The notes: generated by a model not told the origin, from the sequence alone. Counted from the stretch's first letter, positions 36,944 to 46,321 are shown. The stretch is DNA of 64,000 nucleotides from Eubacteriales bacterium (GCA_045629745.1 JAZQRU010000042.1:24358-88357); one strand, 5' to 3'. Numbers and translations are program-made.

Positions 36944-37678
36944 TTAATAGCGTCTTCTCGTTTTGAATTGGAACAAAAATCCGAGAAGCGTGATAATTCC
37001 GATAATGCTTACTTCAAGTATCCAAGATTTATCGCCAAGATTTGCAATTTCGCCGAGGTCGATAATCGCAATGCCGAAGCCCGAGATTATGAACCACGCA
37101 CCGAGAGCTGAGAAAAGGAGCATTTCGACAAATCTGAAGAAAACGAGAGTTAAAACGAGAATTATTGCCGCAACGGCAAGAGCCGTTAATGCTTTTCCCG
37201 TAGAAAACTCGTGCTGAGTATCAAGGAAGAATCCGTGATAGCAAAGACGGTAAACCGAATAAAGCACCGCTATTGAATAGCTTGCAACGAAGAGAAATCT
37301 TGACATAACCGCCGCAATAACGCCGACGATAATACCTATCACCCATTCGGGAATAGGAACCTCTGCCGGAATTACGGGAGCAAGGAAATAAATTCCGAGG
37401 AAAAATCCTATTATGAAAAATCCCACGAATTTTATAAATCCGTCAATTTTCTTTCCAAAAAGAAGAACGGCAAGTCCGAGTACCATAAGTATGTAAGGCA
37501 GCACTCCCAAAAACGACGAAGCAAAATTCTTTAAAGCATCCAAAACGCTTAAAACGCTTTCATCAGCGGTTACCGATTTATAAAGGTCCGTGACCAAGTC
37601 CCAAAGATATGAGAAGCTGAAGCGCGCCCCAATCAAATGGCTTATGAAATCAGAAAAGCTTGTTACCATAGAACGCAC
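36944..37678 (-). CDS. Hypothetical polytopic membrane protein
   Basis: 244-aa ORF with about 7 hydrophobic helices; no family recognised. Confidence 0.55.
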   Translation of the reverse strand: MRSMVTSFSDFISHLIGARFSFSYLWDLVTDLYKSVTADESVLSVLDALKNFASSFLGVLPYILMVLGLAVLLFGKKIDGFIKFVGFFIIGFFLGIYFLAPVIPAEVPIPEWVIGIIVGVIAAVMSRFLFVASYSIAVLYSVYRLCYHGFFLDTQHEFSTGKALTALAVAAIILVLTLVFFRFVEMLLFSALGAWFIISGFGIAIIDLGEIANLGDKSWILEVSIIGIITLLGFLFQFKTRRRY

Positions 37679-37793
37679 CTCCTTTTATTTTCTTAATTAA
37701 GTATACCATACCCCGTGAAAAAAATCAAGGGGTAAAGACGGATTTTAAAATTTAAATTTATATAAAAAATCAATAGTTTTACTGTTAAGGAAT

Positions 37794-38033
37794 TTATTTC
37801 CAAAAACATTCTATAAGTCCATCGTCCGAAAGCTTCATTGAAACACCGTATGGCTTTGACATTTCTCCGAGATACTTAAATATTTTTTCGGGATTTCCGA
37901 AAACGTGAGGAAGTCCTGCTTCGGATTTTGCTTTGCTTTTTAAGATGGGCAAAAGCTTCAAGGACTTCAATTTTCCATCTTCCATTTCACAAAAAGGAAT
38001 AACACTTAAAAACCGTCTTCCATAAGTCCGGCC
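37794..38033 (-). pseudogene. Possible C-terminal remnant of a CapA/PGA-synthesis-type metallophosphatase
   Basis: Open frame of about 79 codons bounded upstream by a stop. ...MEDGKLKSLKLLPI...EKIFKYLGEMSKPYG... resembles CapA-family C-termini; no N-terminal part is present. Confidence 0.25.
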
Positions 38034-38085
38034 TTAAAGACCTGGGAGTGAGTACGGCTTTTCTGTATTCTCTCCTATAATTCCT

Positions 38086-38577
38086 TCATTTTCCTACCGC
38101 TTTTGCCAAGCTTGGATATAAATTATAAACAGTTTTGCCGAGCTTTTGCGCCATTCTCAATGTCTGGGCGCTGCCGCCCATATATCTTCCCACGTAAGAG
38201 ATAAGCATATCGCATCTCTTTGCAAGCTCCGCGTTTCTTTCTTTCATACATCCGTCGTAATATTCCTCGGCAAGATATTCTATCTCGTCAGCGACTGAAA
38301 GTGTATATTCATAGACCGATTTTTCGTAATCACTCCATTTTTCAGACTGATTTTTACAGGGAACGAGGATAATAAGGCGCACGTCCGGGTGGCTTATGCG
38401 GAAAGTTATCACCGCCTTTGCCGCTAAGGTATCAAATCCGACGGCTCCTCCAGTAAGAAAGCTTCTCACTCCGTTTTCATAAGCGTAAGCTACGGATTTT
38501 GTCAAAAGCTCAAGAAGCTTCGCTTTGTGCGCTTTATCTATTCGTCTGTGGCCCGTAAACGAGCATATCTTATCCAT
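38086..38577 (-). CDS. SLOG-superfamily protein, DUF1273/YpsA-like
   Basis: N-terminal ...CSFTGHR... hallmark, ...TGGAVGFDTLAA... nucleotide-binding Rossmann-like loop; 163 aa. Confidence 0.7.
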   Translation of the reverse strand: MDKICSFTGHRRIDKAHKAKLLELLTKSVAYAYENGVRSFLTGGAVGFDTLAAKAVITFRISHPDVRLIILVPCKNQSEKWSDYEKSVYEYTLSVADEIEYLAEEYYDGCMKERNAELAKRCDMLISYVGRYMGGSAQTLRMAQKLGKTVYNLYPSLAKAVGK

Positions 38578-38682
38578 AACGCGAACCTTTCAAAAAAGCT
38601 TTTATTATATTGTAACACGACTTATTTTCTTTGTCAATGAATAAGAGCGTTTTCCTATTTTTTAAAAAAGTTTGAAAAAGCC

Positions 38683-38711
38683 TTGACTTTCAACTAATCT
38701 TATGCTATAAT
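38683..38711 (+). promoter_or_regulatory. SigA-type promoter of the CNNM leader
   Basis: TTGACT (38683-38688), 17 nt, TGcTATAAT (-10 at 38706-38711). Confidence 0.55.
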
Positions 38712-38767
38712 TTTGCATAACGACGCTTGAAGCAGAAAATGCTTCGGTGAATCTTTTGGAGGAAATT

Positions 38768-38845
38768 ATGGACGACGGCGACGCGGACAATTGTCAGCAT
38801 AACACCGTATTTTTTCATATAAATTTGAGGTATAACCGTGCTTAA
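38768..38845 (+). CDS. Candidate leader peptide (25 aa, acidic N-terminus)
   Basis: GGAGG 5 nt upstream of the ATG; MDDGDADNCQHNTVFFHINLRYNRA. Its last sense codons form the 5' arm of the downstream terminator and its stop codon lies in the loop. Confidence 0.4.
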   Translation: MDDGDADNCQHNTVFFHINLRYNRA

Positions 38846-38877
38846 TTAGGGACGGTTATGCCTTTTTTGCCTTTTTT
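38829..38877 (+). terminator. Leader intrinsic terminator (attenuator) upstream of the CNNM gene
   Basis: GGTATAACCGT (38829-38839) / ACGGTTATGCC (38852-38862): 11-bp stem with one G-U pair and a 12-nt loop, followed by TTTTTTgccTTTTTT. Confidence 0.7.
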
Positions 38878-38929
38878 AAGGCTCACCCATAAATTTTACG
38901 TCGTTTGAAAGGAAAAAAATTAAAACACC

Positions 38930-40246
38930 ATGGACATTCCCTTGCAAATTGCGCTCATTATTTTATGTATTATAACGTCCGCATACTTCTCAGCAACAGA
39001 AACCGCATTCACAACTCTTAACAGAATTAGAATTAAAAATCTCGCAGAAGACGGAAACAAAAAAGCTAAGCTCGTTCACAAGCTTACCGATAAATACGAT
39101 ACTATGCTTTCCTCCGTGCTTATCGGAAACAATATCGTTAATATACTCAGCTCGTCTTTGGCAACTGTTCTTTTCATTGACTTAATGAAAGACTCCGGAC
39201 ATTCCGACCTTGCCACGACGGTTTCTACAGTAGTTATGACGCTTCTAATTCTTATCTTCGGCGAAATAACTCCTAAAACGCTTTCAAAAAGAGCGCCCGA
39301 GAAATTCGCTATGTTCTCTGCTCCCTTGCTCAATGCTATTATGATTATTTTAAGACCTTTTTCGTTTATCTTCCAGCAATGGCAAAACCTTCTTACGAAA
39401 ATCTTTAAGTCAGACGACGATAAGGGCATCACGGAAGAAGAGCTTATCTCGATTATAGAGGAAGCTGAAGAGGAAGGCGACTTCGACAAGGAAGAAAGCA
39501 CGCTTATCAAGAGCGCAATTGAATTCGGAGACCTTGAGGTTGGCGATATTTTCACTCCCCGCCGCGATATTACCGCAGTTTCGAGCGATGCGACAAAGGA
39601 AGAAATCGTCGAGGTATTCACCGAGTCGGGATATTCGAGAATTCCCATTTACGAAGACGATATTGATAACATCAAGGGTATTATCTATTACAAGGATTTC
39701 TACACTCTTGCATTTAACACGGAAATTCCCATATCGGAAATAATCAAGCCCGTTATTTACGTTGCAAAGGCACAGAAAATAAACGACCTTCTTAAAGAGC
39801 TTCAGTCAAAGCAGCTACACTTTGCCGTAGTTATGGACGAATTCGGCTCAACCGCAGGTATAGTTACTCTCGAGGACATACTCGAAGAAATAGTAGGCGA
39901 AATCTGGGACGAGCACGACGAAATAGTTGAAGAGATTACTAAAATCAGCGAAAAAGAATACATCGTTTCGGGTATGGCAAACGTTTCAAAGGTGTTCGAC
40001 GTTTTCGATATTGACGACGGCGAAATCGAAGCGCAGACGATAAACGGCTGGGCGATGGCAACGCTCGGAAAAATCCCCGAAGTCGGCGATAGCTTCGAGA
40101 GTGACGGACTTGCAGTTGAAATTCTTGAAATGGACGACAAGCGCGTCGAGAATCTTCGCATAATCGACATAAGAGAAGACGAGGAAGACGACGAAGACGG
40201 CAGACACAAGAAAAAGCACGACGAAGAAGAAAAGTCCGAAGAATAA
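38930..40246 (+). CDS. CNNM/CorC-family divalent-cation transporter (DUF21 + CBS pair + CorC_HlyC)
   Basis: DUF21 TM domain (...SAYFSATETAF...GEITPK...), CBS pair, C-terminal ...VDEFGSTAGIVTLEDILEEIVGEI...; highly acidic C-terminal tail. Confidence 0.9.
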   Translation: MDIPLQIALIILCIITSAYFSATETAFTTLNRIRIKNLAEDGNKKAKLVHKLTDKYDTMLSSVLIGNNIVNILSSSLATVLFIDLMKDSGHSDLATTVSTVVMTLLILIFGEITPKTLSKRAPEKFAMFSAPLLNAIMIILRPFSFIFQQWQNLLTKIFKSDDDKGITEEELISIIEEAEEEGDFDKEESTLIKSAIEFGDLEVGDIFTPRRDITAVSSDATKEEIVEVFTESGYSRIPIYEDDIDNIKGIIYYKDFYTLAFNTEIPISEIIKPVIYVAKAQKINDLLKELQSKQLHFAVVMDEFGSTAGIVTLEDILEEIVGEIWDEHDEIVEEITKISEKEYIVSGMANVSKVFDVFDIDDGEIEAQTINGWAMATLGKIPEVGDSFESDGLAVEILEMDDKRVENLRIIDIREDEEDDEDGRHKKKHDEEEKSEE

Positions 40247-40272
40247 TAAAAGAACGAGGATGCAAATTGATT

Positions 40273-40313
40273 GATATGCACCCCAAAAGTGTCTAACTTT
40301 TGGGGTGCATATC
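40273..40313. terminator. Bidirectional terminator, 18-bp perfect stem
   Basis: GATATGCACCCCAAAAGT-gtcta-ACTTTTGGGGTGCATATC between convergent genes. Confidence 0.8.
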
Positions 40314-40359
40314 ATTTTCGACAAGCTCGCTCTTTTTGTACTAAAGAAACTGTTTAGTT

Positions 40360-41802
40360 TTATTGTTTTTTATAAGTTCTGGGATAGAAAAGTATCAGCA
40401 TAGGAAAAAGCTCAAGTCTTCCCGCAAGCATAGTGAAGGATAAAACAAGCTTTGAAAAAGCCGAAAAGAAACCGAAATTCCCTGTCGGACCAACCATTTC
40501 AAGTCCCGGGCCGATATTATTTATCGTTGCTACGATAGCCGTAAAATTCGTTACAAGGTCGTGTCCCTCAAAGGATATCAGAACAAGAGAAACGACAAAA
40601 ACTATGATATAACATATCATATAAGCATTGACGGAGCGTATCGTTTCGCGCTCGACTTCCTTGCCGTCGATGGATATTTTTCTGACGCGGCGAGGGTGAA
40701 TTATGGTTCTTACCTCCCTTGCCATACCTTTAACGAGTATCACGAGGCGCGAGACCTTGATACCGCCGCCCGTGCTTCCTGCGCACGCACCGATAAACAT
40801 TATAAGAACGATAACAGTTTTTGAAAGCGCGGGCCAAAGATTAAAGTCAGCGCTCGCAAAGCCTGCGGTTGAAATAATGCTTGCGACGTTAAAGAGCGCG
40901 TGGCGAAGAGCCTCGCCGAAGCTATCAAAATAAGCATTTTTGAAAACGTTTACGCTTATAAGGGCAACCGCCACAAAAACTATAATGAAAAACGTCTTTA
41001 CTTCCGTTGAAAAGGATTCCTTTATTCTTCCTCGCAACGCAAGATAGTACGACGCAAAGTTAACGGAAAAAATCAAAAGAAATACAGACGTTACCACCTG
41101 AGCGTACGGAGTTGAAGAGATAAAGCTATCGTTATTTATTGAAAATCCGCCCGTGCCTGCCGTTGAAAACGCGACGTTCAAGGCTTCAAACGCGCTCATT
41201 TCGTCAAAGAGAAGCAAAACAAATTGCAAAACGGTAAGACCGAAATAAATTAGATAGAGAATAAGAGCCGTAGTTTTTACCTTTGGAACAAGCTTTGACA
41301 CAGAGGGGCCGGGGCTTTCAGCCCTCATAATATTCATATTGTGAGCTCCGCTGAGGGGAAGAAATGCCATTATGAAAACAAGCACTCCCATACCGCCTAT
41401 CCAGTTTGTGAAGCTGCGCCATATAAGGACACACTTGGGCAGCGCCTCAACGTCTGCAATTACACTTGCTCCCGTGGTCGTAAAGCCCGAAACGGTTTCA
41501 AAAAATGCGTCTATATAATTCTCGGTTGCGCCGGAAAATACGAACGGAAGCGCGCCGAAAAGACTTAAAACTATCCACGAAAGCGCGACTATCATAAAGC
41601 CGTCGCGCGAATAAAGCTTGGTATTCTCAGGCTTTTTGAGAACGAAAAGCGCGCCGACAGCTCCCACCGCAAGCATCGAATAAAGGAAAGAGAGAGTTGC
41701 CTTTTCCCAGAAAACGATACCTGTTATAAGCGGAAGAAGAAAGAACGCCGCTTCGAAAAGCATAAGCCAGCCGAGCGTATATTTTATCATTCTGTAATTC
41801 AT
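40360..41802 (-). CDS. trkH: TrkH/KtrB-family potassium transporter
   Basis: 480-aa polytopic protein with repeated pore-loop motifs (...TTGAS..., ...TAGTGG..., ...STGGGIKV...). Confidence 0.9.
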   Translation of the reverse strand: MNYRMIKYTLGWLMLFEAAFFLLPLITGIVFWEKATLSFLYSMLAVGAVGALFVLKKPENTKLYSRDGFMIVALSWIVLSLFGALPFVFSGATENYIDAFFETVSGFTTTGASVIADVEALPKCVLIWRSFTNWIGGMGVLVFIMAFLPLSGAHNMNIMRAESPGPSVSKLVPKVKTTALILYLIYFGLTVLQFVLLLFDEMSAFEALNVAFSTAGTGGFSINNDSFISSTPYAQVVTSVFLLIFSVNFASYYLALRGRIKESFSTEVKTFFIIVFVAVALISVNVFKNAYFDSFGEALRHALFNVASIISTAGFASADFNLWPALSKTVIVLIMFIGACAGSTGGGIKVSRLVILVKGMAREVRTIIHPRRVRKISIDGKEVERETIRSVNAYMICYIIVFVVSLVLISFEGHDLVTNFTAIVATINNIGPGLEMVGPTGNFGFFSAFSKLVLSFTMLAGRLELFPMLILFYPRTYKKQ

Positions 41803-41833
41803 TATTTAAAATGAGCCTCACTTCAAGTGAAAT

Positions 41834-43186
41834 TTAAATCAGCACCTCGGATATATCGTGAAGTCCGAGAATTTTTGAAACGACTATAACCGCATCGCCC
41901 TTTTCAATAGTATCCTGGCCTCTCGGAAGTATAACCTCGCTGCCTCTGAGTATTGCGGCCATAAGAACCTCTTTTTTAAGCTTGAGGTTTGATAGCGGCA
42001 CACCTACGATAGCGCTCTCTCCCACTATAAATTCGGAAGCCTCTACCTTGTCCTTGATAACGCTATACATAGTTTCAACGTTGCTTCCGAGCGTGTTTTT
42101 CATAGCTCTTACGTAACGGACTATCATATCAGATGTTATATTTTTGGGATAAACCGACGTATCTATGCCGAGATGATTTATAATATCGTCATACTCGGAA
42201 CGGTTAATTTTAGTTATTACCTTTCCGCGAGACGACGCCTTTGCGAAAAGCGAAAGAAGAATATTCTCCTCGTCGTTTTCGGAGAGAATAACGAATGCGT
42301 CAGTCGTTTCTATTCCCTCCTCCACGAGAAGCTCTCTGTCCGTTCTGTCACCGTTAATCACAACGACCTTTCCGAAAAGAGAGCTTAAGCTCTCGCATTT
42401 TTCATAATCGCTGTCAATAACCTTGACGGAAATTCCCGAGTCACGCAGAAGCTCGCAAAGATATTCCGTGATATTTCCCGCGCCTATGGCTATTATATTT
42501 TTCACCGAGTGCTGCTTGTAGCCAATTTTTTTGAAGAAATCCGCAGCATTTTTACGTGAAGCTATTACGGATATAAGGTCGCCGCCTGAGAATACGAAAT
42601 TACCGTTTGGAATATAAGCCTCCTCACCGCGCTCAACCGTACAGACAAGTATATTACACTTAAGCTTTGCAACAACGTCTTTAACGGGCATACCGACAAG
42701 GGTATTTTCCTCGGGGAGCTTGAATTTTAAAAGCTCGACCTTGCCCTTTGCAAAGGTATCTATATTAGATGCAACGGGAAAGCGCAGAACTCTCGATATT
42801 TCCTCTGCGGCGGCATATTCGGGATTTATTACCATTGCAAGCCCAAGCTCGTTTTTGAGATATTCCGCTTCGCTTCTGTATTCGGGGTTGCGCACCCTTG
42901 CGATAACGCGGCATTTGCCCGATTTTTTCGCTATAGTACAGCACAGCAGATTTAATTCGTCCGACTCCGTTACCGCAATAAGCAAATCCGCTTCCTCTAT
43001 TCCTGCTTCTCTAAGCGTCGTATTCGTCGCACCGTTTCCAACAACGCCCATAACGTCAAGCTTTTCGCTTATTGATTTTACTTTATCCTGCGAAAGATCG
43101 ACTACCGTTATGTCGTTGCCCTCTTCACCGAGCTCGGCGGCAAGAGTTTCGCCAACCTTTCCGCAGCCGACAATAATTATCTTCAT
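41834..43186 (-). CDS. trkA: Trk system K+ uptake protein TrkA (tandem RCK domains)
   Basis: MKIIIVGCGKVG... and a second IIAIGAGNIT... NAD-binding fold, each followed by an RCK_C region; 450 aa. Confidence 0.9.
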   Translation of the reverse strand: MKIIIVGCGKVGETLAAELGEEGNDITVVDLSQDKVKSISEKLDVMGVVGNGATNTTLREAGIEEADLLIAVTESDELNLLCCTIAKKSGKCRVIARVRNPEYRSEAEYLKNELGLAMVINPEYAAAEEISRVLRFPVASNIDTFAKGKVELLKFKLPEENTLVGMPVKDVVAKLKCNILVCTVERGEEAYIPNGNFVFSGGDLISVIASRKNAADFFKKIGYKQHSVKNIIAIGAGNITEYLCELLRDSGISVKVIDSDYEKCESLSSLFGKVVVINGDRTDRELLVEEGIETTDAFVILSENDEENILLSLFAKASSRGKVITKINRSEYDDIINHLGIDTSVYPKNITSDMIVRYVRAMKNTLGSNVETMYSVIKDKVEASEFIVGESAIVGVPLSNLKLKKEVLMAAILRGSEVILPRGQDTIEKGDAVIVVSKILGLHDISEVLI

Positions 43187-43197
43187 GAATTACCTCT

Positions 43198-44475
43198 CTA
43201 TCTATTGTAGCTTATCTCTGTTATTTTTTCAAAATTATTGCTTCCTATCGAAAGAAGCTTAAGCTCCTCAAGCGTTCCGTTAAAATGAAGCGCGGTAAGA
43301 TTATCGCACATATAAAACGCGGTGTCCGCAACGGTTTTTAAGCTCGACGGAAGTATAACCTTTGTGCCTTTAAATCCTATAAAGCTGAGGGTTGATATTT
43401 TTTTCACGCCCTCAGGAATTTTAAGCTCGGTAATTTCCTCACCGTCGATAACGATTACGTCTGCATAAATCAAGGGATTTGCCGTTCCCGTGCTATCGGT
43501 ATAGAAGAATGCCTCGCACCAAGCGAAGATATCCTTTATTTCAAGCGCGTATAACGACGTACAGTTGTAGAACGCAAGTCCTGAAAAATACTCTATTCCG
43601 CCGCCCATTACGATATATTCAAGCGAGGTGCAGCTATTGAATGCCGAAACGCCGATTTTCTTGACGCTGTCGGATATTTCAAGTCTTCTAAGCGAGGTGC
43701 AGTTTGAGAATGCGGAATCCGAAACGTTAACCACGCCCTCACCGAGTGTGAGCTTTTTAAGTCCTGAAAAACGAAAAAACGCATACTCGCTTATGGTTTC
43801 TGCACCTGTAACCGTGATTTCCTCAGTAATCTCGCCAGAAACGTAAAGTCTTTCCGCTTTGCAAATGGGATTTGCTTCAATATTTTCAAATGCTATACGG
43901 CACCACGCCGATACGTCGGAAATATAAATCTCGGAAATGGATTCGCAACCGATAAAGCTATCCCGTTCTATTGACTCGAGAGCTGGATTTACGTGAATTT
44001 TCTCAAGAGAGGTGCATCTTGCGAAAGAGCTTGACTCCATAAGCTTAAGATTTTCAGGAAGCTTTATTTCCTTTAGCCTTTCACAGTCCGAAAAAGCATT
44101 GAAGCCTATTCTCTCAATAAATGGCGAAAAGCTTATTTCTTCAAGAGCCGTACAGTTATCAAAGGCATAGTCGCAAATCACCGTAATGTTTTCGGGAAGT
44201 GTTGCTTTTTTAAGTGTATTATTGTTGTAAAATGCGGAATTTCCAATGGAAACAACGGGTTTACCCGCAATTTCGGCAGGGACCGTAAGCTCCTCGCGTG
44301 AGTCGAGCATTTTGATAAGCTCGTATTCCGTTTTCTCTTCGTTATATGGTGCAAAGACCAAGCCGTCCTCGATAATTTCGTCAGGGTTTTCGGTGGTTCC
44401 TCCACCGCCGCAGGCAACGAGGCTTGCCGCCATAGTGAGAATTAAAAGGCTTATAAATAACGTTTTCTTTAACAT
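43198..44475 (-). CDS. BspA-type leucine-rich-repeat surface lipoprotein
   Basis: Lipobox ...MAASLVACGGG. About 23-aa repeats of the form SAFxNCTSLxxIxIxxSVxxIGxxAF throughout. Confidence 0.8.
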   Translation of the reverse strand: MLKKTLFISLLILTMAASLVACGGGGTTENPDEIIEDGLVFAPYNEEKTEYELIKMLDSREELTVPAEIAGKPVVSIGNSAFYNNNTLKKATLPENITVICDYAFDNCTALEEISFSPFIERIGFNAFSDCERLKEIKLPENLKLMESSSFARCTSLEKIHVNPALESIERDSFIGCESISEIYISDVSAWCRIAFENIEANPICKAERLYVSGEITEEITVTGAETISEYAFFRFSGLKKLTLGEGVVNVSDSAFSNCTSLRRLEISDSVKKIGVSAFNSCTSLEYIVMGGGIEYFSGLAFYNCTSLYALEIKDIFAWCEAFFYTDSTGTANPLIYADVIVIDGEEITELKIPEGVKKISTLSFIGFKGTKVILPSSLKTVADTAFYMCDNLTALHFNGTLEELKLLSIGSNNFEKITEISYNR

Positions 44476-44517
44476 ACTGTTTCCTTGTAATACCTTATAA
44501 TACTAATCTATATCCGT

Positions 44518-44546
44518 ATTATAGCACTACGCGATAAAAAAGTCAA
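44518..44546 (-). promoter_or_regulatory. SigA-type promoter of the LRR-trkA-trkH unit
   Basis: Minus strand TTGACT, 17 nt, TGcTATAAT. The -35 lies within the palindrome AGTCAAccTTGACT. Confidence 0.5.
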
Positions 44547-44751
44547 CCTTGACTTGTCCATTACGAAGTTTTCGTCAACTTAAACTTAGTCTTGAGCTGA
44601 AAATTACACCCTGATATAAATAATTTAGCCGAAAAAAGTTTTTAAAGGAGTTTTTCGCTTGCGAGTCTCACACGGTGCTTATCTTCTTCCCGCCGAAACA
44701 AACGCGGAAATTACAGAGCGCTGCATAGACTTAAAATTCGGTGAGCCGCTT

Positions 44752-46272
44752 TTACGCAGCCCGTTTTTTACACGAGTGCGCGCTTTTTCTCAAAATCAGT
44801 CTTTCAGTGAAGTTTAGCGCGAGAAATATGCAAAGCGAAAACAGGATTTTTGAGGCAAGCCAGATTGGAGTTGTAAGCGCTCCCGAAAAGGCAAAAAGAG
44901 AATCCGCAAGCATCGCTGCTGCTATGGCTTCCGCAAAAGGCAAAGCAAACGAAAGCAAGCTTTTTGAGCTGAATTTTATACGCGCCTTTAAACGAATAAA
45001 CGAGAGAATAAAATTATAACCCTCCATTATAATTATTACCCACGCATAGCCCGCAATTCCCATTTTTGGAAGCAAAAACCATATAAGAAAAACGGACAAT
45101 AGCGAGTCTGTGATATTTACCCACATTGAATAAACCTGCTCGCCGATACCTTTAAGCATTGCGTCTGTTACATGGTCGAGGTACATTATGGGAATGACCG
45201 GGGCAAGCATAGCTATATAATTTCCGGCATCATACGAGGAATAAACCGAATATGCGATTTCTTCTGAAAAAAGATATATAAAAACGGCAACGGGTGCGGC
45301 ATATCTGAGGCTTGCACTTATAACCTCCTCGCAAATTCTTTTTAAACGCTGTGAATTATGCGCCGCCTCGCTCTCCGCAAACTCGGGCACTAAAAGTGAT
45401 GCGAAGGAGGAAAGCGGCGTCATAGGATAAAGCGTTACGGGAAGGGCCATTCCGTGAAGCGTGCCGTATGACGAAAGAGCCTCGCTCTCGCTATCTCCGA
45501 AAAGCCTTAAGCGCCTCGGTATCAATACGTGCTCAAGAGTTAAGAGAGCTGAGCGAATATATGCGGAAAATGCAAGAGGCAAAGCCATATTTGAAACGTC
45601 GGAAAAGTGTGACGTTCCCTCTTCGGAAATTTTAGGACGAGGCGTCGTTATATACTGAAAAAAGGCGAATGCGAAAGAAAAAAGCTCGGAAATAGTAGTT
45701 GATATACATAGCGCAAGAGTTGCCTCCGCAACACCGCTTTCCGAAGCGCGAAGCAGAAGAAAAATCGTTACTGCGATTTTGAAAATCTGAGATGCAACTT
45801 GATTTGAGGAGCTTCTTACAATTTTTTTGACACCTATGAAATATCCCGAAAAGACAGCGGACAATGCTATAGGCACGAGAGATACAGACAGAGCTCTTAA
45901 TGGAGCTTCGGCTCTTACGTCTTTTAAAACAGACGATGCGAAATAGGGCGCAAAGAAAAAAAGAACGAGGCTTGCAAAACACGAAAAAATCAATGCATAC
46001 CCCACCGCGTGTCGCATTATTCTCGGAATTTCATAGCTTTTCCCCTCCCCCACACAAGACGCGACAAGCCTTGTTACCGTGAGATTTATTCCCGCGCTTG
46101 CGAACGTTACGGCGAATGCGTATACAGTTCCGATAAGGGTATAAAGCCCAAGCGCCTCTGCTCCTATTTTTCGGCTTATAAATGCCGAAAAGGCAAGATT
46201 TACGGTTCTTATGGTAAGTGCAACTATCGTAAGAAGCGTTGCGTTATAAAAAAATCTTTTTCTCTCTGTCAT
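44752..46272 (-). CDS. MOP-superfamily flippase (SpoVB/MurJ/polysaccharide-biosynthesis type)
   Basis: 506 aa, about 14 TM; the N-terminus ...TIRTVNLAFSAFISRKIGAEALGLYTLI... resembles SpoVB-like proteins. Confidence 0.65.
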   Translation of the reverse strand: MTERKRFFYNATLLTIVALTIRTVNLAFSAFISRKIGAEALGLYTLIGTVYAFAVTFASAGINLTVTRLVASCVGEGKSYEIPRIMRHAVGYALIFSCFASLVLFFFAPYFASSVLKDVRAEAPLRALSVSLVPIALSAVFSGYFIGVKKIVRSSSNQVASQIFKIAVTIFLLLRASESGVAEATLALCISTTISELFSFAFAFFQYITTPRPKISEEGTSHFSDVSNMALPLAFSAYIRSALLTLEHVLIPRRLRLFGDSESEALSSYGTLHGMALPVTLYPMTPLSSFASLLVPEFAESEAAHNSQRLKRICEEVISASLRYAAPVAVFIYLFSEEIAYSVYSSYDAGNYIAMLAPVIPIMYLDHVTDAMLKGIGEQVYSMWVNITDSLLSVFLIWFLLPKMGIAGYAWVIIIMEGYNFILSFIRLKARIKFSSKSLLSFALPFAEAIAAAMLADSLFAFSGALTTPIWLASKILFSLCIFLALNFTERLILRKSAHSCKKRAA

Positions 46273-46321
46273 TTCAATTCCCCCGTTTCATACTAAATTT
46301 ATATGAAACACGCGAAAAAAA

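Noticed and set aside
39076-40324. Four minus-strand ORFs (190, 159, 113 and 112 aa) antisense to the CNNM gene
   Set aside because: These are Ser-rich or Arg-rich shadows of the GAA/GAC/GAG-rich sense strand. They overlap one another in different frames, and none has an SD or a family resemblance.
43187-44546. Search for a c-di-AMP (ydaO-type) riboswitch upstream of trkA
   Set aside because: trkA is preceded directly by the LRR gene, and the LRR leader is only about 45 nt with no conserved riboswitch blocks.
44659-44817. 52-codon TTG-start ORF with an AAAGGAG SD, running antisense into the 3' end of the flippase gene
   Set aside because: It has a non-ATG start, a 66-nt antisense overlap with a confident gene, and no recognisable family.
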